A DNA stretch of 64,000 nt from Candidatus Latescibacterota bacterium (GTDB lineage Bacteria > Latescibacterota > UBA2968), in assembly GCA_965204745.1 (NCBI GenBank), contig OZ242010.1:4864001-4928000 (forward strand), read 5' to 3'. Below are positions 17,980 through 28,004 of this stretch, one piece after another. The position numbers and the translations under genes are program-made. How positions within the stretch are numbered: position 1 is the first letter of the stretch; each line of letters opens with the position of its first letter. The notes beneath the pieces are model-generated. The model did no database searches. It was given only the letters and a program-made list of their open reading frames with translations, and was not told the origin of the DNA.

Positions 17980-18066
17980 GTAGGGGCAGGCCATCGGCTT
18001 TGTAATGCAAGGTAGCGCGCTGTTTCAGTTTCGCAACTCGTAGGGGCAAGGCCCCTGTGCCTGTCC
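17980..18066 (+). repeat. Two REP-like GTAGGGGC... elements
   Basis: GTAGGGGCAGGCC at 17980; GTAGGGGCAAGGCCCCTGTGCCTGTCC at 18040; relatives at 1644, 11763 and 19022. Confidence 0.65.
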
Positions 18067-18088
18067 GCGTATCGACAAGGAGATCGCA

Positions 18089-18967
18089 ATGACAATCGGT
18101 TTGCTGAGTCCCGGCGACATGGGACACGTTGTTGGGCAAGTGGCAATCGCCCATGGTGCCCGCGTGATAACGTGCTTGGATGGTCGGAGCGAGCGCACGC
18201 GCAAACTCGCGGAAATAGCGGGGATTGAAAATGTCCCCAAGTATGGGGATTTGGTGCGCGAGGCGTCGCTCTTGGTGTGTATTCTCGTGCCCGCCGCGGC
18301 CGAAGATGTGGCCGCACGCATTGCGGACGCGCTGCGAAACACGGATGAACAAATCGCGTATGCCGATTGCAATGCCATTGCCCCGGCGACGGCCGCACGC
18401 ATTGGCGAGGTGATCGAAAAGGCGGGCAGTGTGTTCATCGACGCGGGCATTATCGGCGGGCCGCCGCGCAAACCGGGGGGCACGCGGTTTTACTGTTCGG
18501 GGCCGGACGCGTCGGCTTTTGAAAAATTGAATGATTACGGCTTGGATGTGCGGAAAGTCGGGGACAAAATCGGGCAGGCATCGGGGCTCAAAATGTGCTA
18601 CGCGGCCCAAACCAAAGGGACGACCGCGCTTCAAACAGAACTGCTCATCGCCGCGCGGGCGATGGGGTTGTACGAGGGCTTGATCGCCGAGTTGCAACTG
18701 AGTCAGGCGGATCGATTGGCGGGGATGGAACGCGGCTTGCCGGGCATGCCGACCAAAGCCAAGCGGTGGGTGGGCGAGATGGAAGAGATCGCCAAAACCT
18801 TCGGGGATTTGGGTCTCACGCCAAAGATATACGAAGGCGCGGCGGCCATGTATCGCCTCGTCAGCGCGACGCCCCTTGCAGAAGAAACCCCCGAAACGCG
18901 AGATGCGGATCGGACACTCGCGCAGACCATTGAGATTTTGGCAAAAAAAAAGCACGCACAGGCGTAG
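18089..18967 (+). CDS. NAD(P)-dependent oxidoreductase, 6PGD/beta-hydroxyacid dehydrogenase-like with DUF1932
   Basis: IGLLSPGDMG, YADCNAIAP, DAGIIGGPP, ASGLKMCYA, KAKRWVGEMEEI; AAGGAG SD. Confidence 0.88.
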   Translation: MTIGLLSPGDMGHVVGQVAIAHGARVITCLDGRSERTRKLAEIAGIENVPKYGDLVREASLLVCILVPAAAEDVAARIADALRNTDEQIAYADCNAIAPATAARIGEVIEKAGSVFIDAGIIGGPPRKPGGTRFYCSGPDASAFEKLNDYGLDVRKVGDKIGQASGLKMCYAAQTKGTTALQTELLIAARAMGLYEGLIAELQLSQADRLAGMERGLPGMPTKAKRWVGEMEEIAKTFGDLGLTPKIYEGAAAMYRLVSATPLAEETPETRDADRTLAQTIEILAKKKHAQA

Positions 18968-19016
18968 CCCACAACGAGCGTAACGGGACGCAACAGGGTA
19001 CAACGACGTTAGCAAT

Positions 19017-19892
19017 TCACCGTAGGGGCGTGGCCCCCGTGCCCGGCCGAAGTGAACTCGCTTTTCGGAAGTAAATACCCGCTCCAATTTGCTCGGAAGC
19101 ATCATCGATCACGGCGCGACACACGCGAAAGGAAGCCTTCAACAAGGCCGTGTTTTCCGCGCTCAACTGCGGGACATCCGTATCTTCGCGCCGCGCTGTA
19201 AAGAACAAGTGGTTCACAAAATCGCTGTTCTTGAGCCTTTGCAAGAGCCTCCTGCATCTCGCCCCGCGCAGTGTTCGGGCAATTAGTTTTCCACAAGCAG
19301 AGACCATCAGATTTCGCGCATGCACGGATTCATTGACCTTTTGCAACGCCACGCGGTCAAACTTAGGCGTGCCGCAAATATCGGACAAGCGATTCAAAAA
19401 TACCATCGGCTTGCCGACCAGCGCGGTGAAATGGACGGTCAAAACATCCACATCGAGTTGAAAGATATCCGACAGATGCGCGGGCGCCAACCTATCGCGC
19501 ACGACCGCTTCTTCCAAATGTAGCGCGCCAAAAAGCGCGGAAAATTCTCCTCGGCTCTTTCTGAATCGGATCATCGAAACGGCCCGCGCACAATGCTCGC
19601 GCAACAGCACGACGATGAGAATCCGATACCCCCTATTTCGCAACAGGCGGACGCCGCGCACCAACAGGGGATCGCAATACGCGAGGTTTGAGAGGTCCGT
19701 CAAAATCGTCTCTTTATTTTTTTGTTGCCGGAGTTTCTCAAAACGTCTCGGCGCCCGGTAATAGCAACCTTCCTTGATTTCCCCGCAGTCGAAAGCGGGA
19801 TGTCGTTTCAAGTTTTCGTACAAAAACGTGCTGCCAGATCGCCCCGGCCCCACGGCGAGCAAATAATCGTACCCCAATTTTTCGCATCCCAT
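19017..19892 (-). CDS. Sulfotransferase-like protein
   Basis: N-terminal 5'-PSB-like LAVGPGRSGSTFLY..L..HP...KE; LLREHCARAVS resembles the 3'-PB motif. The last 10 aa are encoded by a REP element. Confidence 0.65.
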   Translation of the reverse strand: MGCEKLGYDYLLAVGPGRSGSTFLYENLKRHPAFDCGEIKEGCYYRAPRRFEKLRQQKNKETILTDLSNLAYCDPLLVRGVRLLRNRGYRILIVVLLREHCARAVSMIRFRKSRGEFSALFGALHLEEAVVRDRLAPAHLSDIFQLDVDVLTVHFTALVGKPMVFLNRLSDICGTPKFDRVALQKVNESVHARNLMVSACGKLIARTLRGARCRRLLQRLKNSDFVNHLFFTARREDTDVPQLSAENTALLKASFRVCRAVIDDASEQIGAGIYFRKASSLRPGTGATPLR

Positions 19893-19979
19893 CGAACATT
19901 CCCCATGTCTCGAAAGCCCTTGGACTATCCAAAGAGCCGTCCCAAGGCGTCACTCCATACCTAATTGCGGAGATGCAAC

Positions 19980-20951
19980 ATGAACGAATACGCCGTCACA
20001 TTCACCCAACGCGAGACAGCTCAGTTGTTGCCAACTAAAGTCGATACAAACGCGATTGGCGCGAATGAAGTCGCGGGGCATACCATAGCGACCCTCATCA
20101 GCGCGGGCACGGAGTTGAACAGCGGGTATCTCGGCGACAGATTTCCCAAACAGTCGGGCTATGCCGCGGCCTTCAAAGTTGAAAAAGTGGGCGAAAATGT
20201 CGCGGGCATTTCCCCGGGCGACCTCGCCTTTTGCATGGGCAATCACGCGACCTACCAGCGCAAGCCCGCCGCGCAAGTGATTCGCCTGCCCGAGGGTCTC
20301 GCGCCAGAAACAGCCGTGTTTGCCCGCATGATGAGCGTCTCCATGACCACGCTCACGACAACCACAGCGCGCCCGCCCGGCAAAGTGCTGATTACCGGCC
20401 TCGGCCTGGTCGGCCATCTCGCGGCCAAAAATTTTCAGGCATGCGGTTACGAAGTCTATGCCTGCGACCCGGTGGCGTCGCGGCGGCAAATTGCCTCGGA
20501 AACGGGCATTCACAACGCGCTCGATGCTGTCCCATTGGACAACCCCGACCTCGCGGGGCAGTTCCAACTCGCCGTTGAATGCTCGGGCCACGAACAAGCC
20601 TTGCTCGACGCCGCGGGCGCAGTGCGGAAACGCGCCGAAGTCGTTTGCATCGCCACCCCTTGGCGGCAGTACACCCAGTTGCCCCTGCACGACTTGCACC
20701 GCCTCATCTTTTTTAATTACGTCGTCATTCGCAGCGGTTGGGAATGGGAGTTGCCGCGCCAACCCGAAGACTTTCGCACCAACAGCATTTTTGAAAACCT
20801 CGCCGGTGCCCTCAACTGGTTAGCCGAAGGCCGGGTCAATGTCGATGGCATCTACACCAAGTACGATCCCGAAAAATGCCAACGAGCCTATCGAGACCTG
20901 TTGCACAAAAAAACGCCGCGCCTCGCGGTGGTTTTTGACTGGGCGACATGA
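19980..20951 (+). CDS. Zinc-type (MDR) alcohol dehydrogenase-like oxidoreductase
   Basis: LISAGTE, GYAA, VLITGLGLVGH, AVECSG; GGAG SD before MNEY. Confidence 0.85.
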   Translation: MNEYAVTFTQRETAQLLPTKVDTNAIGANEVAGHTIATLISAGTELNSGYLGDRFPKQSGYAAAFKVEKVGENVAGISPGDLAFCMGNHATYQRKPAAQVIRLPEGLAPETAVFARMMSVSMTTLTTTTARPPGKVLITGLGLVGHLAAKNFQACGYEVYACDPVASRRQIASETGIHNALDAVPLDNPDLAGQFQLAVECSGHEQALLDAAGAVRKRAEVVCIATPWRQYTQLPLHDLHRLIFFNYVVIRSGWEWELPRQPEDFRTNSIFENLAGALNWLAEGRVNVDGIYTKYDPEKCQRAYRDLLHKKTPRLAVVFDWAT

Positions 20952-20971
20952 GAAGTTGCTCAATGCCGAAC

Positions 20972-23900
20972 TTACTTGCTCGCCGTGGGTATGACGGAGG
21001 TTCGCCGCGTTTGGGGACCCGGCCCTAAATTGTTCACCGCCCGCATGGTGAAGATATACGGGCTGTCATTGGTCAACCCGGTCACGGTGTAGCTCATCAG
21101 GGCCGCATTGCTATCGGGAATGTCTCGCGCACCCATCCACCCGCCGAACCTAGGATGTCTCATGTCGTATCTATACTTCGTGATGGTTGTGTCATTGGGA
21201 TTTGCCCAAGTGAGGGTCACTTGACCATTACCCGCCGACACAGCAAAATTCCTCACCATTTTTGGCACCGCCTTAGGAGTGACCGACTCTGACACTGGCC
21301 CACTCGTGCCCGCATGGTTCTCCACACGCACTTGGAAGGTGTATTCTGTGCCATTGGTCAGCCCTGTCACAAGATAGTGGAACAGCCTACCTACCTCTTC
21401 GTTTCCTGCCCCTGCAATATCCGTCCACTTTGACCAAGTCGTCCCCTGGTCGGTACTATAGCGATATTGATGTTTCTCGATAGTACCCCGGTACGAATCT
21501 GCTATCCTCCATTGCAGAGCCACCTCGCCATTGCCTCTGTGTACCCACTGGAACCTCGGCGGGATTGGTGGCGACATGATTCGCGTGACTACGCCGCGTT
21601 TTGGCCCGCTCCCTACGCGGATCACTGCTTCTTCGTTCCAGCTACTGATATAGCGTTGTTGTCTATCGAAGATATACTGGCCGGTTCGGATGCGGGCAAT
21701 CTCGTACTGCGGGAGTGGGATGGACGCCATGCACTTGCCATCGAAGTGCATACCATACTGTTGAAAAACAAAGTCGTAATTGTCAAAACCGTACTGCTTG
21801 CGGTTGGCGGGGAGGTCATCCTCATCGGCGGGGATGAGGTGGAGATAAAAGTGCTCCTCTGTGTCGTCCGGTGTGCATGGCCCTTTGAGATATACGAGTT
21901 TATCTTTGCGGCGATAGACATCAAAGACAGAATCGATTGCCGGCCGGTTGCGTGCGATTGTCCCAAATAGTGTTGCTAGGCTTCCGTCTATGCTGAAATC
22001 GTAAGTCGCTTCCCACGCGACACTTCTGTTCTGCGCCCTCTGCCCGGTCTTGATGGAAATGAGCCCAGCCTCAGGGAGTTGAACCTGCGCGATGCACTTC
22101 TCGTCGAATCTCACCCCCTTCTTACCAAACTGAAAACTCGTACTGTCATAGCGATCTTGCCTGCGGTGATCAGAAAGGTCATTCTCATCAAAAAAAATAA
22201 TGTCTAAAAGGTTATTCTCATCGCCACGAATAATGTCCAAAAAGAAGTGTGCCTCTGTGTCGATCACATCGCATGGCTCTTTGATGTACGATAAGATCCC
22301 CGCATCGAGATAGACATCAAAGTCAGACCGGATAATCGGCTCGCCAGCCGCGATAGATGGATACGCCGCCGCTAGCCCTATCGTGTCAATGTTGACTTTA
22401 GCAAGTTTATCATTGGTCAACGCCCAAACAGCCTTTAATTTTTCCTGCTTAACGGCATCTCCGTAGTGTTCCCAAAATTCCGTATCATTATAGACAATAA
22501 GATAATCATATTCTCGCAATTCCTGACCAAATTGTTCGGTGGAAAAGTGATGTTGCCACATACCCCAATCATCTCGCCCTTCAGGATGTACAGAAAGCCA
22601 TCCTGTACGTGCGGGAAAAGCCCTATAACGAAATATATTATGAATGTAGCCGTTGCCACCTTGTGCAATCACTAGGGTTTTTGACTCCCTATCTTTTTTT
22701 AGGGTCTCAATCACCGGATCTACCTGTTCATAAAAAAGATTTTTAGTACCTCTCCCTTTGTCTAATACAGAAGATTTAAGATCTGAAATCGGTGTGAACA
22801 AAAAGATCAAAACGATGAACGCAAAAAGCAGGCCCTTATTTTGTAAGCAAACAAAAAACAAAACCAAAAATATTCCCACGTAAACGGTTCCCAGGTATCG
22901 GTTAAAGGAAGCTAATATAACGGCTTCATATTCATAAAATGCAGTCATATATAACAATAAAAGGAGGCAGGTGTACATCGACAGCACCACGATGAGACAA
23001 ATTGTGAGCGTAATATGTCGGCTTCTCTGTATCTTTTGCGAAGTATTTCCGATGAGACAACATAGAAACATAAAAATTGCGAATATAATTGCCCACTCTA
23101 GGGGTGACAGTGAGAAATCCAAAAAAGCAGATGGGTGGGCAAACCTTCCTATGTACCTGTCTTTATGTTGATATATCAAAGAATCCAGAAAATTTTCAGC
23201 GGTTGTCTTCTGATAATCTTCCGGGTCGGCTAAGGAGTCATATATCCATTCAAGGGAAAAAACAAAAGAAGAATGAGTTACGCCGCTGTAAGACTTGAAC
23301 GCACTCCAAGAGGCATAAGAGACCAGAACAACGGCGATCAGCAAGCAGAGTCTCTTTAGTTTGGCCGGTAGCCTGACCTCAAAAAAGAACGCCTCATCGA
23401 TTGCGACGATGAATATGGTGGAAAACGCAAAGACCAAGCCTATTGGTTTGACCTGCACCATAGAAAACAAACAGATGCTTGTGATTATCAACCCGACTTT
23501 GGCTTGCTTTCGATTGATCAGATACAATATCACCGACATACCCCAACAAAGCCCCAGCAAGGAATCATTGTATATCCAAGAAATAGGTTGAACGAACAGA
23601 TAAAAAAGGCAGTAAAAACAACAAGTAATTAAGACGAGGAGGAGAATATTGTATTTTCTGAAAAATAAAAAGACAGGTACCGCGGACGAAAAGATGATGG
23701 TCTGTGCAAAAATGGTCGTTCCTTCATTCATCTCTCCTCCACTAAAAAACAAGATAAAGTAGTATTGCAAAATGGCAGTAATTTGGGGATAATCCATCCC
23801 GTCGATATGATTATATCCGGCAATTAGACTATCGTGAGTCGTTATTATTTTGGTCGTAATGCCCCAACCCCATTCATCCCAGACACTGAAATAGGTATTT

Positions 23901-24217
23901 TTGAAAAAAAAATAGCTTATTAAATACAGAACGCCAAAGATCGATAACGGGAGCGACGAATGGTTATCTGCGAGACGACGAAAAAATGTCCACGGCTCGT
24001 TGTATAAACTCAGCACAAAACACCCCAAACCCGCCAAAAACACAAGCCAAGAAACGTACCATAAGAGGCCGAATAATCCAGCAATGTATAAAACGGACAT
24101 CAGCGACATTACGGTAATAAATGGGATTTGGAAATATGGGACAGACAGCCATTTTTTTGTCAGTATCATTAACCCATATAGGCTGGCCAAAAACAATAAC
24201 AAATAGATGAACTGCAC
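20972..24217 (-). CDS. Polytopic GT-C-like membrane protein with two repeated extracellular domains and two C-terminal FN3 domains
   Basis: Many TM helices; WDEWGWG and DYP in the first loop; FNRYLG; duplicated IRSDFDVYL...KEPC...TEAHFFL / IDSVFDVYR...KGPC...TEEHFYL; GLTNGTEYTFQVR. Probable GTG start at 24217 (ORF track starts at 24292). AT-rich. Confidence 0.7.
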   Translation of the reverse strand: MQFIYLLLFLASLYGLMILTKKWLSVPYFQIPFITVMSLMSVLYIAGLFGLLWYVSWLVFLAGLGCFVLSLYNEPWTFFRRLADNHSSLPLSIFGVLYLISYFFFKNTYFSVWDEWGWGITTKIITTHDSLIAGYNHIDGMDYPQITAILQYYFILFFSGGEMNEGTTIFAQTIIFSSAVPVFLFFRKYNILLLVLITCCFYCLFYLFVQPISWIYNDSLLGLCWGMSVILYLINRKQAKVGLIITSICLFSMVQVKPIGLVFAFSTIFIVAIDEAFFFEVRLPAKLKRLCLLIAVVLVSYASWSAFKSYSGVTHSSFVFSLEWIYDSLADPEDYQKTTAENFLDSLIYQHKDRYIGRFAHPSAFLDFSLSPLEWAIIFAIFMFLCCLIGNTSQKIQRSRHITLTICLIVVLSMYTCLLLLLYMTAFYEYEAVILASFNRYLGTVYVGIFLVLFFVCLQNKGLLFAFIVLIFLFTPISDLKSSVLDKGRGTKNLFYEQVDPVIETLKKDRESKTLVIAQGGNGYIHNIFRYRAFPARTGWLSVHPEGRDDWGMWQHHFSTEQFGQELREYDYLIVYNDTEFWEHYGDAVKQEKLKAVWALTNDKLAKVNIDTIGLAAAYPSIAAGEPIIRSDFDVYLDAGILSYIKEPCDVIDTEAHFFLDIIRGDENNLLDIIFFDENDLSDHRRQDRYDSTSFQFGKKGVRFDEKCIAQVQLPEAGLISIKTGQRAQNRSVAWEATYDFSIDGSLATLFGTIARNRPAIDSVFDVYRRKDKLVYLKGPCTPDDTEEHFYLHLIPADEDDLPANRKQYGFDNYDFVFQQYGMHFDGKCMASIPLPQYEIARIRTGQYIFDRQQRYISSWNEEAVIRVGSGPKRGVVTRIMSPPIPPRFQWVHRGNGEVALQWRIADSYRGTIEKHQYRYSTDQGTTWSKWTDIAGAGNEEVGRLFHYLVTGLTNGTEYTFQVRVENHAGTSGPVSESVTPKAVPKMVRNFAVSAGNGQVTLTWANPNDTTITKYRYDMRHPRFGGWMGARDIPDSNAALMSYTVTGLTNDSPYIFTMRAVNNLGPGPQTRRTSVIPTASK

Positions 24218-24350
24218 GGTTGGGCCTTTCTGCGTGAGAAGTGGAGGAAAACTTAGGAGTAGGATTTCAAAATTACCAGTGTCGTAAAACAAAAAAAGAC
24301 GGTGCCACCAACCCGCCTGAAGAATCCACCGCTGTTGTGTTGTTGCTCAG

Positions 24351-25055
24351 TCACGGACTGGCCTGTTTCCGAAAGATGGCGACAAAACTCGTTCCGATCA
24401 GACTCGCCAACGGTTTTCCAACGCGGCGGAGGCGAAGGCGCAACGGCGGAAAGATCGCAAACATCTCGTCAAGTCCGAGTCCTGCCCGTTCCCCAGCGGC
24501 TTGCATCGCCAACGGAGCATGACCGATCAACGTGAACCAAGCCCGGCCGCGCAAGCGATTCAGGAGGCGCAAGGCCGCGGAAACGATCCGGTGAACGAGT
24601 GCCGTTCTGTTGCCCCAAACAATCACCAACCGGCCAGATGGACGCAACACACGCGCAACCTCGTGCAACATGCGTTCGACGGCCCCCAACTCGTACTGCT
24701 GTGCGAACTCCACATTCAAGACCACATCCGCCATACCATCCGCCAGCGGCAGGTTGAACGCATCGCCGCGGGCCGCCTCGATACCGTTCTGTCTGGCTTG
24801 CCAACACGCCGCCGCGTTGAAGTCTATGCCGATAACGCGGCACCCGGCTTTGGCTAAGGGTAGCGTGATCAACCCGGCGCCGCACGCAAGGTCCACAACC
24901 ACGCCCGGCTCATCGCCGACGGTCTCGAGCACGAGCATCCGTTCCCGAAAGAATGAGTACTCGGAAAGATATCCGGACGCCTTGGGATTGACCGTACCGA
25001 AATCGGCCTGTAGTCCATCATAGATCTCGTTCCCTCTCGTGTCGACGTGGGGCAT
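24351..25055 (-). CDS. Class I SAM-dependent methyltransferase
   Basis: VVDLACGAG, GIDFN, GDAFNLPLADG, EVARVLRPSG; start MPHVDT. Confidence 0.88.
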   Translation of the reverse strand: MPHVDTRGNEIYDGLQADFGTVNPKASGYLSEYSFFRERMLVLETVGDEPGVVVDLACGAGLITLPLAKAGCRVIGIDFNAAACWQARQNGIEAARGDAFNLPLADGMADVVLNVEFAQQYELGAVERMLHEVARVLRPSGRLVIVWGNRTALVHRIVSAALRLLNRLRGRAWFTLIGHAPLAMQAAGERAGLGLDEMFAIFPPLRLRLRRVGKPLASLIGTSFVAIFRKQASP

Positions 25056-25084
25056 GGTTCTCGTTCTCCCAGACTCTCGCGCAT

Positions 25085-25990
25085 TCAGTAGTCCGCCAAG
25101 TACCGGCACAACCGTGGCCCGAGACTGTCGGTCACGGGGTTCGGAAGCATGCGCCACAGCTTCTGCGCCAGCACGTATCGGCGATAGAGGTCGGTCGGCT
25201 TGTCGGAGAGCAACAATACGGGGATGGGGACAGCACCGAAACCGCGTTTGAACCGGTAGGCACCATCGCCGGTCGCCGATCTGCCGAAGTCGACCATGGC
25301 CGCACCCGCGTCCAAAGCGTGCTCGATCAATCCCCAAAAAAGCAGCTCGTTGGGGCGGTCGGTACTCCGTAGCGATCCCGACCAGGGAACCCCTGCAAGT
25401 AGGCCGTCCTTAAGCCAAAGCAAACTCGCCAGTGCCTCGCCGCCAGCGCGGCGAACCACCAGAATCCGGGCATGGGCCTCATTGACCAAGGTCTCGAACA
25501 ACGCCATCGGCATGAGCGGTGCCCCGTGCCTTGCGAGAGTGCCCGACAGCAACTTGAAGAACGCCGCCAGCGCGGCCGGCCCAGCCTCTTCGGAAACTCC
25601 AAGTCCGGCTTTTCGCGCCCGCCTCACCGCCGTGCGCTTCACGCCCTTCAGTGCCCGTTCCCAAACGGCCTCCCGGTCGTGGTTGAATGCCGCGAGATCG
25701 AGCCTGAGAACCGCAGGTGCTCCGGGCGGCAATTCTCCTTGCGGCGGCATCAGTGCGCGGATGTTAAATGACCGGCTCGCCATCTCCCGCGCAAGCCCTC
25801 GCGCTTCCGCAGCGTTCAGGTCGGTGTAGTTGAGACCCGGCAGATAGGCAAACGTCGGCGCGCCGAACAGCGATGGCACAACAGCGAACCGACCTTCCCT
25901 CCGCCATCGATAGACGTCGCAGAATACTTCCCGCCAAGTCGCGACGAAACCCGGGCTATGACCCGCGCTCAGGTGGTTATCCGCTTTCAT
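25085..25990 (-). CDS. GNAT/FemAB-like acyltransferase (resembles polysaccharide-associated FemAB family)
   Basis: KRTAVRRARKAGL, HGAP, PNELLFW, VDFGRS..G.GAYRFKRGFGA, WRMLP...LGPRL. Confidence 0.8.
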   Translation of the reverse strand: MKADNHLSAGHSPGFVATWREVFCDVYRWRREGRFAVVPSLFGAPTFAYLPGLNYTDLNAAEARGLAREMASRSFNIRALMPPQGELPPGAPAVLRLDLAAFNHDREAVWERALKGVKRTAVRRARKAGLGVSEEAGPAALAAFFKLLSGTLARHGAPLMPMALFETLVNEAHARILVVRRAGGEALASLLWLKDGLLAGVPWSGSLRSTDRPNELLFWGLIEHALDAGAAMVDFGRSATGDGAYRFKRGFGAVPIPVLLLSDKPTDLYRRYVLAQKLWRMLPNPVTDSLGPRLCRYLADY

Positions 25991-26835
25991 CGGCCTTCTC
26001 CAGTCAGCAACTCGTGGCAGTGCGACAAGGTGACCCATTTATAGCCTCGCGCCCGCAGGCGTTCACCCAATGCCACCAAGTCGTCGAAGCCGCGTTGCCG
26101 CCGCCGCGCCGCCATGTAAGCACCCTTCAGCCACAGCGGCAGAGGCGATTTCCCAATTTGTCCGTCGCGCACCAAGTCCACCATGTGCATGTCATAGACC
26201 AGCAGTGCCGGCAACGCCGCGGCGAGATCGAGCAATGATTCGGCGAACCGCCCCATGAGTTGCCGATAGGACTGCGTGAACGGAATGCCAAAGGCGCGCC
26301 AACTCGCAACTGGATACTCTGCCAAAGCACCGTCGATAGCGAAATAGTCGCCGCGGCGAAACACCCTGCCCGGATGGTTGCCCAGGCCCATACCCGGCAG
26401 GATCGAAGAATCCCAAGCGAAGCCTTCCGCCACCAGTGCTTGAAAGAGCGCGTCAGTCAGACGGTAGGTGTGCGCCCTGTATCCGCGCGGCCGGGTGCCG
26501 GTGAACCTCTCGAAAGCGGCGATGCCCCGCTCGAGGCTTTCGGCCGAGTCGCCCGGATCGCTATGGTCATAACAATGGAGTTGCAAGTCGGCTCCTGCCT
26601 CTGCGAGGCAAACGCACAGGTCCGGACGCGACTCAAACAGCCGCCCTTCCACAAACGCGGTCAACGGCAAGCGCGCATGCCGAACAGCGTCAAGCAGATC
26701 GGGAAGCCGATCCAGTGCGTCGGTCCGGTCTCCGTTGTAGTCGTGTTCTACATCGATGGACAGAACGGCAATTTTTTGCGGCGACCACCGTGCTAGGACA
26801 GGAGTCACCGACGGATCAAACGCCGGACGATTCAT
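25987..26835 (-). CDS. Polysaccharide deacetylase family protein
   Basis: LSIDVEHD, LTAFVEG, LQLHCYDH, PRGYRAH, WDSSI. Confidence 0.85.
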   Translation of the reverse strand: MNRPAFDPSVTPVLARWSPQKIAVLSIDVEHDYNGDRTDALDRLPDLLDAVRHARLPLTAFVEGRLFESRPDLCVCLAEAGADLQLHCYDHSDPGDSAESLERGIAAFERFTGTRPRGYRAHTYRLTDALFQALVAEGFAWDSSILPGMGLGNHPGRVFRRGDYFAIDGALAEYPVASWRAFGIPFTQSYRQLMGRFAESLLDLAAALPALLVYDMHMVDLVRDGQIGKSPLPLWLKGAYMAARRRQRGFDDLVALGERLRARGYKWVTLSHCHELLTGEGR

Positions 26836-27896
26836 CTCTTTTTCCCCTTGTGGCTATGGAGATGCGCGTTGCCGGCGCCATTATTGCCGAAATTGAGGGT
26901 TTTCCCCAATCTTGGATGCAATGGTTCTTTTGGAACCGCCATGATATCAACCGCCAAAAAATTGAGGACGAGAACGAACCCGATAATGACGGGCAAGGCC
27001 GCCAGCATGACCGTTCCCGCGCTCGCCGCGAGATCAATGACAATATGGTGGGACCATTGCCAAATCCCGAAGATCAAGCCGAAAAGCAACAGGGGAACAC
27101 CGGTTATCAGATAGATCGATCCAAAAGAAAAATCGCGCACAAAGTAGTTGTAGATCACCCGGCGAAAAAATCTCATCATATTGCGATAGAAGAACGGCGC
27201 AATCTCGCGGGCCGGCGACAGGCCACTCCGTTCCTCGCCATAGATTGCACGCATGGGAATATCCATGACGACAGCGCGAAGCAGACCGAGTTCGCAAAGC
27301 ATATCCGTCTCAAAGAAATAGCGCGGCTGTATTTTCCGTCGCGGCAGTTCGTCGAAAACTGCGCCGCTGATGGCAAGGTAGCCGTTCGTCGGGTCGAATA
27401 CGTTCCAGTAGCCACTCGCCAACTTGGTCAGAAAGGAAAGCATCCCGTTGCCGATAAGGCGCCCCCCGGGCATGTCCTTTGCGAATTGGTAAGTGTAGAA
27501 GCGGTTGCCCTTGGTGTAGTCGGCCTGCCCCGCCACGATGGGCGCCCCGAACTGCTCTACCAGTTCGGGGGCCATCTGCCCGTCGCCATCTATCTTGACG
27601 AGGATGTCGGCACCGGCTTCGCGTGCATGGGCCATCCCTTTGAGAACCGCGTGTCCGACGCCGGAGTTCTCGTTCTGGTAGAGCACGGTTATTCGAGGGT
27701 CCGTCACGTAGGCTTCGACATGCTTGCCAGTGCCCTGCGGACAAGCATCGTCGACAACGACGATCCGTGCGACTTCAGGCCCGATGCGGGCAAGCACCTC
27801 TTCGATATGGTCAATACAGCGATAGCACGGAACGATGACCGCGATATTCGCACCTTTAGCCATGGGCCGGTCTGTTGTGATGGGTGGGAATTTCAT
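26832..27896 (-). CDS. GT2 glycosyltransferase, DPM1/GtrB-like with two C-terminal TMs
   Basis: VIVPCY, VVVDDAC, KIDGDGQM, KGNRF, DPTNGY, YFFETDML. Confidence 0.9.
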   Translation of the reverse strand: MKFPPITTDRPMAKGANIAVIVPCYRCIDHIEEVLARIGPEVARIVVVDDACPQGTGKHVEAYVTDPRITVLYQNENSGVGHAVLKGMAHAREAGADILVKIDGDGQMAPELVEQFGAPIVAGQADYTKGNRFYTYQFAKDMPGGRLIGNGMLSFLTKLASGYWNVFDPTNGYLAISGAVFDELPRRKIQPRYFFETDMLCELGLLRAVVMDIPMRAIYGEERSGLSPAREIAPFFYRNMMRFFRRVIYNYFVRDFSFGSIYLITGVPLLLFGLIFGIWQWSHHIVIDLAASAGTVMLAALPVIIGFVLVLNFLAVDIMAVPKEPLHPRLGKTLNFGNNGAGNAHLHSHKGKKR

Positions 27897-28004
27897 GATA
27901 GATTACCGAAAAAAAACACTCACTCTTAATCAGAATCGCTTAAGTTATCCAATGTCAACGCATTTAGCAAGCCCATTCTCTTTGACAACTGAAAGGAGCA
28001 CGCC

